NCBI GenBank assembly: GCA_031409275.1
Contig: JANNXA010000050.1
Location: forward strand, 64,001 to 128,000
Direction: 5' to 3'
Length of the DNA stretch: 64,000 bases
Source: Planctomycetota bacterium
GTDB taxonomy: Bacteria > Planctomycetota > B15-G4 > SIAN01
The translations under genes were made by a program, and so were the position numbers. Shown here piece by piece: positions 57,376-64,000 of this stretch (the first letter of the stretch is position 1; each line of letters opens with the position of its first letter). The notes beneath the pieces were generated by a model, which saw nothing but the letters and a program-made list of their open reading frames with translations, made no database searches and was not told where the DNA came from.

Positions 57376-59352
57376 TCAGCGGCGGTGAGAATCGAACCAG
57401 GCGATCGTCCGCTCGATCCAGCGCGTCTGCGCCGCTCGCCCGCGGAACAGGTGCCCCTCGTCGTGCTCGATCACCAGTTCGCACACTCGTCCCGCGACGC
57501 GCAGGGCGCGCTCGAGCAGGACGCTCTGTTCGAGCGGCACCCGTCGGTCGCGCCCACCGTGGAAGAGCAACAGCGGGGTGTCGATCGCATGGCACTGGCA
57601 AAGTGGCGAGCGCTCTTCGTAGCGCCGCGACGACTCCGCCGGCGCACCGCCGAGGCCGAGCAGCGCGAGCTGCGGCAGGTCGCTCGTCGCGGCGAACCGA
57701 CGCCAATCGCTGACCCCCGCCGACGCGGCCGCCGCCGCGAAACGCGAGCTTTGCGCGATGGCGAGCTCGGTGAGGAAGCCTCCGTAGCTGTGGCCGAGCA
57801 GGTAGAGGCGGCTCGGATCGACTTGTCCTTGCTCGACCAGCGCAACGACGACGGCATCGAGGTCGTCGAGTTCGCGCCCACCGAAGTCGCCGCGATTGGC
57901 GTCGCTGAAGATCGTCGAGTAGCCGGCCGATCCGCGCAAGTTCGGCGCGCAGACCGCGAAGCCGGCGGACGCAAAGGCCTGCGCATAGCCGTCGTTGAAG
58001 CGCGCCGTCTGGCGCCCGTTGCTGCCGCCATGCAGCAGGAAGAGCGTCGGCCACGGCGCCGGTGTCGGAGGCGTGAGCCAAAGCGCTTCACAAGCCTCCG
58101 CCTCCGGCATCGCCACGCGGATCGACTCCGCACGCGCGAGCGATCGTCGCGCCAGCGCCGCGTTGGGCTCGGCGAGGAGCGACGTTTCCCAATCGCGGCT
58201 CGATCCGCTGACCAGCCGTTCCGGGCATCCCGGCGTCGACTCGACCGCCACGAACGTCCCGTTCCGAGCGAGGTCGAACCACTGCCAGGAGCGGAGTCCC
58301 GCGGTGACGAAGCGCGCCGTCGGCGGCTCGCAGCCACGCCCTTCCGGTTCGATGACGACGACATGGTCCGCGAGCCCGTGCTGCGTGACGGTCACGACGC
58401 GGCCGCTCGCATCGACGCAGAGCCGTTCGCGAAAGCCGAGCACGCCATCCCCCAGCGACAGCGGCTGCGATCGCGTCAGGTTGCGCTGCAATCCCGACTC
58501 GAGGTCGAAGCGCACCAGGTCGCGCTTGCCGGGATGCAAGAGCGTCGGCGCCGACCACCACGCGCAGTGGAGTTGGTTCGAGTCGGCGTCGAACGCGGGA
58601 CGACTGGCGATGCCGCTGCCGTCGCTCAGGCAGCGCAGCGCCCCCGTCGCGAGGTCTGCGACGTAGAGATCGAGCGGCTCCCCCTCGGGAGATCCGCGTG
58701 GACGCTCGGTCGCGATGAGCGCCAATCTGCGCCCATCGGGCGAAAGGACCGCGTCCTCGATGGTGAGGCTTCCGAAGTCGAGCAGCGTCTCGCCCAGCTC
58801 GCGCGTCGCGAGATCGGCGCGAGAGAGTCGCGCCGTGCGGAAGCCTGGCCCCTCGACGACGTGCAGCACCAGCAACTCCTCGACGCCGCCGCGCGCGCGC
58901 CAGAAGAGCTCGAAGACTCCGCGCGACTCGTCGGGGAAGAGCGCAAGGCGGGCCGGCTCGTCGTCGGGAGCGATCCACACCTCTGCCTGCGGAGGCGCCC
59001 GCAGCACGAACGCGGCGCGACCGTCGCGAGCCCACGCGACGTCGCCGAGCGCCGTGTTCGCCAGGACCAGCGGCGGCTGCGCTTCGCCGGCGGCTCGCGT
59101 GAGGCGGTGATCGACCACGCGCAGCTCGGTGCCGGTGACGCCGTCGACCTCGAAGCTGAGCACGCGAGCGCCGTCGGGCCGCAGCGAAAGGGCACGGTAG
59201 TAGGTGCGGGAGAACAGCTCGGCGGGTGTCGGCGGCGGGCCGATCGCTCCGTCGACGGGCGCCCCATCGGCGCTCGCGGCCTCCATCCACCCGATCGTGA
59301 GCCCGCAGGCCAGCGCCCATTCGAGCCGTCGACTCGTCCGCGATCGCTGCAT
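57376..59352 (-). CDS. S9 family (prolyl oligopeptidase/DPP-like) peptidase, exported
   Basis: Beta-propeller repeats (SPDGRR), HGG, PNLRGSAGY, GHSYGG, D.RVP, EGH. Confidence 0.88.
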   Translation of the reverse strand: MQRSRTSRRLEWALACGLTIGWMEAASADGAPVDGAIGPPPTPAELFSRTYYRALSLRPDGARVLSFEVDGVTGTELRVVDHRLTRAAGEAQPPLVLANTALGDVAWARDGRAAFVLRAPPQAEVWIAPDDEPARLALFPDESRGVFELFWRARGGVEELLVLHVVEGPGFRTARLSRADLATRELGETLLDFGSLTIEDAVLSPDGRRLALIATERPRGSPEGEPLDLYVADLATGALRCLSDGSGIASRPAFDADSNQLHCAWWSAPTLLHPGKRDLVRFDLESGLQRNLTRSQPLSLGDGVLGFRERLCVDASGRVVTVTQHGLADHVVVIEPEGRGCEPPTARFVTAGLRSWQWFDLARNGTFVAVESTPGCPERLVSGSSRDWETSLLAEPNAALARRSLARAESIRVAMPEAEACEALWLTPPTPAPWPTLFLLHGGSNGRQTARFNDGYAQAFASAGFAVCAPNLRGSAGYSTIFSDANRGDFGGRELDDLDAVVVALVEQGQVDPSRLYLLGHSYGGFLTELAIAQSSRFAAAAASAGVSDWRRFAATSDLPQLALLGLGGAPAESSRRYEERSPLCQCHAIDTPLLLFHGGRDRRVPLEQSVLLERALRVAGRVCELVIEHDEGHLFRGRAAQTRWIERTIAWFDSHRR

Positions 59353-59432
59353 GCGCTTGCACTCCTCGCCCGCGCGTCCCAAGGTAGCGCGGCGCCGCGG
59401 GCGGTGCGCCGCGCGCGTTCCTGAGGACTTTC

Positions 59433-60206
59433 TTGCGCTACGTGATCGAACTCGACGACAGCGAGCCGCTCGCGCTCGATGCGACGCCCGCGCGCGGTGA
59501 CGCGCCGCTGGTGCTCTACCTGCATGGGCTCGGTTCGCATCGCGGCGGCACCAAGGCGACCTACCTCGAACAGGAACTGACTGCGCGCGGATTCGGTTTC
59601 GCGCGTTTCGACTTCCGCGGCCACGGCGAGTCGGGAGGAAGCTTCGACGAGCTGTCGATGTCACGTCAGCTTGCCGACGTCGCGGCGGTGGTTTCCGAGC
59701 TGGCGAGCGGCCGCGCCGGGACGCCGCCACGCGCGCTGCTGCTCGTCGGCGCATCGCTCGGCGGGTTGATCGCCGCGTGGCACGCCCTGCTCGCGCCCGA
59801 GCGACCGTTGCCGATCCTCGGCCAGGTGCTGATCGCGCCGGCGTTTCGGCTGCTCGAGCGCTACCTCGCCGCGGTCGGACCCGACGGTCGCGCACGCTGG
59901 GAGCGCGAGGGGCGCCACCACTTCGTCGGTCCCTGGTTCGAGTTCGACCTGCGCTGGCAAGCCGTCCTCGACGCGCAGCGCTACCCTCATCAGCGCTTGC
60001 TCGACGAGTCGCGAGTCCCGCTGCTGCTGATCCATGGCACCGCGGACGAGACGACCCCCGTGCAAGTCAGCGAGGAGTTCGCGCGTCAGTGCGTCCCCCA
60101 GCGCCCGCGGCTGGTGACGATCGCGGGCGGCGACCACCGACTGACCGCGCACCGTGAACGACTGCGCGACCTGATCCTCGAGTTCGCGCAAGGAGTGGTT
60201 CGATGA
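59433..60206 (+). CDS. Alpha/beta hydrolase (esterase)
   Basis: HGLGS, FDFRGHGES, GASLGG, HG.ADE, GGDH. Confidence 0.85.
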   Translation: MRYVIELDDSEPLALDATPARGDAPLVLYLHGLGSHRGGTKATYLEQELTARGFGFARFDFRGHGESGGSFDELSMSRQLADVAAVVSELASGRAGTPPRALLLVGASLGGLIAAWHALLAPERPLPILGQVLIAPAFRLLERYLAAVGPDGRARWEREGRHHFVGPWFEFDLRWQAVLDAQRYPHQRLLDESRVPLLLIHGTADETTPVQVSEEFARQCVPQRPRLVTIAGGDHRLTAHRERLRDLILEFAQGVVR

Positions 60207-61330
60207 CGCTGAATCGATCGCTGACATGGAGCACGTTGCTGCTCGTGATCGCACCGCTCGGTTCGACGGGCGACGACGACAAGAAGCCGCCTCTCCCCGC
60301 CGACACGCTGCGCGATGCCGACCTGCTCGGCGCCGCGCGGCTGGGACTCGGCGACGTCGTCCCGGGAGTCGAGTCGACCCCGCTCGCAATGGCGCGTCTC
60401 GCGCTCGGCCGCCGCCTTTTCTTCGATCCGATCCTCTCGCTCGACCGCACCGTCAGTTGCGCCTCGTGCCACGATCCAGCCGCCGCGTTCGCCACCAACG
60501 ATGTGCAGCCACTCGGCGTCGGCGGCGAGCGGTGCGATCGCAACTCGCCGCCGATCTTCAACCGCGCCTTCGGGACCACCCATTTCTGGGACGGCCGCGC
60601 CGCCACGCTCGAGGCGCAAGTGCTGATGCCCATCGAGAACCCGCACGAGATGGCGCTGCCGCTGAATGACGCGATCGCGCGCCTCGCGAATGACTCCGAC
60701 TACCGAGCGCTCTTCGCTGCCGCCGGCGCGCCGCAACCCGACGCCGATTCGCTGTCGCACGGGCTCGCGGAGTTCGTCCGCCGCCTCGTGGTCGGCGACT
60801 CGCCGGTGGATCGCTTCCGCGCCGCGCAAGGGAAGTTGACGCCGCAGGAACGGCGCGGGCTGTGGCTCTTCGAGAGCAAGGGCGCGTGCTGGAAGTGCCA
60901 CGCGGGGCCGAACTTCAGCGATGAGAAGTTCCACAACACCGGCGTCGGCGTGAAGGATGGCCTGCCCGAGCCGGGCCGCTTCACCGTCACCGCCGACGAG
61001 GCCGATCGCGGCGCCTTCAAGACACCGACGCTGCGCATGGTGGCGAAGACGGCTCCGTACATGCACGACGGCAGCCTCGCGACCCTCGACGAGGTCGTTC
61101 GCTACTACGCTCGGGGCGGCAACAAGAACGACCATCTCGATGCGCGCATCGCGCCGATCGAACTCTCGGACGACGACGTCGCGGCGATCGTGGCGCTGCT
61201 CGAGGCGCTGTCGCGCAACGCCGCTGACGACGCCGCGCAAGCCGAGAGCGCCGACGAAGAGGAGCCGACACTCCTCGCGCCGGCGGCCAACCCGACCACG
61301 AAGCCGTCCGCCAAGCGCCGCGCGTACTGA
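60203..61330 (+). CDS. Diheme cytochrome c peroxidase/MauG family protein
   Basis: LGRRLFFDP.LS, CASCH, FWDGRA, CWKCH, FHNTG, FKTPTLR, PYMHDG. Confidence 0.9.
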   Translation: MTLNRSLTWSTLLLVIAPLGSTGDDDKKPPLPADTLRDADLLGAARLGLGDVVPGVESTPLAMARLALGRRLFFDPILSLDRTVSCASCHDPAAAFATNDVQPLGVGGERCDRNSPPIFNRAFGTTHFWDGRAATLEAQVLMPIENPHEMALPLNDAIARLANDSDYRALFAAAGAPQPDADSLSHGLAEFVRRLVVGDSPVDRFRAAQGKLTPQERRGLWLFESKGACWKCHAGPNFSDEKFHNTGVGVKDGLPEPGRFTVTADEADRGAFKTPTLRMVAKTAPYMHDGSLATLDEVVRYYARGGNKNDHLDARIAPIELSDDDVAAIVALLEALSRNAADDAAQAESADEEEPTLLAPAANPTTKPSAKRRAY

Positions 61331-61344
61331 GCGAGGCGCCGCCC

Positions 61345-63138
61345 TTGACCGCACGACATCCCGAACCTGCCGACGCGATGGAGTACGCGGTCCATCCGAT
61401 CGGCGTGGTGCGCTCGCCGTTTCGCGTGCATGTCGGGACGCCACGCCAGCCGGGCGTCGATCCGGTTGCCGACGGCGAGATCGTGTTGCGCGCCGGACTG
61501 CAGAACTGTCTCAAGGACCTGAAGGGCTTCAGCCACCTGTGGGTCCTCTTCTGGTGCAACTTCAGCCGCGGCTGGAACGCGCAGGTCGTCCCGCCGCGCG
61601 ACACGAAGAAACGGGGCCTCTTCGCGACTCGCTCGCCGCATCGCCCCAATCCGATCGGCCTCTCGGTCGTGCAGCTCCTCGACGTGCGCGGCACGCGGCT
61701 GCGCGTGCGCGGGCTCGACATGCTGGATGGCACGCCCGTGATCGACCTCAAGCCCTACGTCCGCTACGCCGACCTGCGCCCCGATGCGACCGATGGCTGG
61801 ATCGCGGAGCTGCCGACGGTCGCCGGCCCCGACCATCGCGATTGGAAGGCCGCCCCGAAGGTGCGTGCGGCGTCGAAAAGCGGGCGCGGCGCGAAGCTCG
61901 CGGCGCTCTTCGCGACGCTGCTGCTGCTGCCGCATTGCGGTCCCGAGGGCGCGACACCGCGACCGGATGCGTCGACACTGCAGCCAGGCCCCGCGCCCGG
62001 TCAGGCGACGATCGCGGCAGACGCGACCGCCGTCGAAGGCGACGGCGTGCTCGACGCGTGGATCGCAACGCCGCAAAAGGGCGATGAAGCGGGCGCTGCG
62101 TTGTGGTTCCAGCAGGCGATCGCGCAGCGCGGCGCGTTCCGCAGTCGCAGCGCGGTGCGTGCCTTCGAGCGGGCGCTCGAGCTCGACCCGGCCCATCTTG
62201 GGGCGCTGGTCGAGTACGGTTTCCTGCTGCTCGAGCCGGGCGCCGAGCAGAATTTCGGCCTGGCGCTGCTGCAGTTGCGCCGCGCGCAGCTGGTGGTGCC
62301 GGGTCAGCTTCACGCCATGGTCGGGGAAGGCGTCGCGCGCGCCGCGTTGCAGGACACCGTTCGCGCGGAACCGCTGCTGCGCCACGCATTGAGCGAGCTG
62401 CCGGACACCGCCGTCGGGCGGCGCGCCTGGGCCGCGAGCGCCCTCGGCGACCTCTGCGCGAATGACGGCCGGACCGATGAGGCGCTGCGGTTCTACGCGT
62501 TGGCGAGCGCCGACTCGGTGCCGGTGCTTCAGCGCGGCGGTGCCCTGGTCCATCTGGCCGACCTGCTGGCGCAACTCGATCGACCGGCCGAGGCGCAATC
62601 GGCGGTGCGCCGCGCGCTGCAGGTCGATCCGGAGAACGTGCGCGCCCACTACCTGTTGTCGCAGCTGCTGAGCAAGGCCGCCGACGTCGACGGCGCCGCC
62701 AAGGAGGCGCGCATCCATGAACTGCTGCGCGCGCTGCGCGACCATCTCTCCGCGCGCTACGTGAACGATGCCGCGCGCCGAACCGCGCTGTGGCGCGAGC
62801 TCGCCACGGCCTGGCCCGAGCACAAGCGCCTGCTCCACTCGCTCGTTCGCGACCAGCTCGAAGGCGGCGACTTCGTGGGCGCCAAGGTCACGGTGGCGGA
62901 GATCGAGGCGCGCGATGGAGCAAGCGCGGAACTGCACTGGCTCACCGCGCGCGCGCTCGCGGGCAACGGCGAGATCGACGCGGCGCGCCAACGCGTCCAA
63001 TCGATGGAACGGCTCGATCCAGCCGTACCGCGCGGCGTGGTGCGGACCGTGCTCGAGGATTGGCGGCGCGGCCAGCCGCAGGCGGTCGACAGCGACCTCT
63101 TCGAGCGAACGCTGCGCGCGTGGACCGACGGCACATGA
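61345..63138 (+). CDS. trmO: TrmO/TsaA tRNA methyltransferase domain fused in frame to a lipobox and TPR domain
   Basis: PIGVVRSPF, PRQ, GLFATRSPHRPNPIGLS, DMLDGTPVIDLKPY; then LLLLPHC and TPR repeats (ALELDP, ALQVDPEN); alternative start ATG 61378. Confidence 0.75.
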   Translation: MTARHPEPADAMEYAVHPIGVVRSPFRVHVGTPRQPGVDPVADGEIVLRAGLQNCLKDLKGFSHLWVLFWCNFSRGWNAQVVPPRDTKKRGLFATRSPHRPNPIGLSVVQLLDVRGTRLRVRGLDMLDGTPVIDLKPYVRYADLRPDATDGWIAELPTVAGPDHRDWKAAPKVRAASKSGRGAKLAALFATLLLLPHCGPEGATPRPDASTLQPGPAPGQATIAADATAVEGDGVLDAWIATPQKGDEAGAALWFQQAIAQRGAFRSRSAVRAFERALELDPAHLGALVEYGFLLLEPGAEQNFGLALLQLRRAQLVVPGQLHAMVGEGVARAALQDTVRAEPLLRHALSELPDTAVGRRAWAASALGDLCANDGRTDEALRFYALASADSVPVLQRGGALVHLADLLAQLDRPAEAQSAVRRALQVDPENVRAHYLLSQLLSKAADVDGAAKEARIHELLRALRDHLSARYVNDAARRTALWRELATAWPEHKRLLHSLVRDQLEGGDFVGAKVTVAEIEARDGASAELHWLTARALAGNGEIDAARQRVQSMERLDPAVPRGVVRTVLEDWRRGQPQAVDSDLFERTLRAWTDGT

Positions 63139-64000
63139 ACGGCCGCCTCTCATGGCGCGCGTCGTGGGCGCTGCTGCTGTGCGGCTGCGAGCCGCCTCCC
63201 GCAACGTCGACGCTCTCGCCCGCTGCTTCACCTGCTGCTTCGCCCGCTGCCTCGCCGCCGTCGCCGACTGGAGCGCTCGCCCCGACCGCGCGGACCGAGC
63301 CTTCGCCGGTGACCGAAGCTCCGAGTCGGCCCGGCCGCTTCGTCGAGCGCGGCGCCGGCAGCGGCGTCGACTTCGTCCACTGCAGCGGCGGCGCGGGCAA
63401 GAAGCTGCTGGTCGAGATCAACTCGGGCGGCGTCAGCCTGCTCGACTACGACGGCGACGGCGACCTCGACCTCTTCTTCGCCCAAGGGGCGGCGCTGCCG
63501 GGATTCGATCCACGCGGCCGCGATCTGCGCGATCGCCTCTATCGCAACGATGGCGGCTTCCACTTCACCGACGTCACCACCGCGACTTGCGCCTTCGACT
63601 CGACCTGCACCTATGCGGCGGCCTGTCCCGACATCGACGGGGATGGCGATCCCGACCTCTACCTCGTCAACGCCGGGCGCAACACGTGGTTGCGCAATGA
63701 CGTGGCCACGAACGGCCGCTTCACCGACGTCACCGCGGAGCTCGGCGCGGAAGCTCCCGAGTGGTCGACAGCCGCCGCGTTCGTCGACTTCGATCAGGAC
63801 GGCGACCTCGATCTCTACGTCGTCGGCTACGTCGATCTCGTCCTCGACCACCCGGGTTGCGGCAACTTGTCGAGGGGCGAGGAGTGGCGCAGCTACTGCC
63901 ATCCCGACGAGTTCAAACCGTCGCCCGATCACCTCTTCCGCAACGACGGCGGCCGCTTCGTCGACGCGAGCGACGCTCTCGGCGTGGCGGGGCTCGGCGG
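63135..64000 (+). CDS. CRTAC1/FG-GAP family lipoprotein, truncated by the window end
   Basis: ATGA overlap; LLLCGC lipobox; SPAA linker repeats; DYDGDGDLD, DIDGDGDPD, DFDQDGDLD. Confidence 0.85.
   Translation, partial: MNGRLSWRASWALLLCGCEPPPATSTLSPAASPAASPAASPPSPTGALAPTARTEPSPVTEAPSRPGRFVERGAGSGVDFVHCSGGAGKKLLVEINSGGVSLLDYDGDGDLDLFFAQGAALPGFDPRGRDLRDRLYRNDGGFHFTDVTTATCAFDSTCTYAAACPDIDGDGDPDLYLVNAGRNTWLRNDVATNGRFTDVTAELGAEAPEWSTAAAFVDFDQDGDLDLYVVGYVDLVLDHPGCGNLSRGEEWRSYCHPDEFKPSPDHLFRNDGGRFVDASDALGVAGLG

Noticed and set aside
63215..63262. 12-bp tandem repeats
   Set aside because: They encode an ordinary SPAA linker within a lipoprotein
1..64000. Hundreds of long overlapping ORFs rich in Arg/Ala/Pro (e.g. 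12315..15296, 42275..45046, 25294..27477)
   Set aside because: Shadow frames expected in high-GC DNA; each overlaps a motif-supported gene and has no recognisable domain

Overview
This 64-kb window is very GC-rich (about 70% by eye), densely coding bacterial chromosome. Gene content (CRTAC1/ASPIC-UnbV and FG-GAP proteins, exported HEAT-repeat proteins, DUF1326) suggests Planctomycetota or a similar lineage, which is inference. About 55 CDS and one tRNA-Thr(CGT) are supported. They include housekeeping genes (tandem-domain thyX, rnhA, two purE, sahR-ahcY, trmO fusion), transporters (KimA-like APC, MscK-like, CorA, TerC, MFS, DMT), two molybdo-flavoenzyme operons (Tat-exported PaoABC-like; HcrCAB-like), scattered aryl-CoA/beta-oxidation genes and many exported proteins. 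No transposase, integrase, prophage or CRISPR array was seen. Four observations stand out. (1) A HEAT-repeat gene has a strong RBS and a signal peptide separated from the main ORF by a single in-frame UGA followed by a SECIS-like hairpin (candidate new selenoprotein or readthrough). (2) Two ~163-bp MITE-like elements with unrelated ends each sit in a stop codon and share a kink-turn-like RNA internal loop. (3) The PaoABC-like operon has an FAD subunit lacking the 4Fe-4S cysteines, followed by a six-Cys miniprotein, DUF1326 and an exported unknown. (4) Several proteins are degenerate or fused (pseudo-receiver, CxxC-less thioredoxin, HTH-less AraC, TrmO-TPR). All family calls are from motif recognition by eye, with no database searches.
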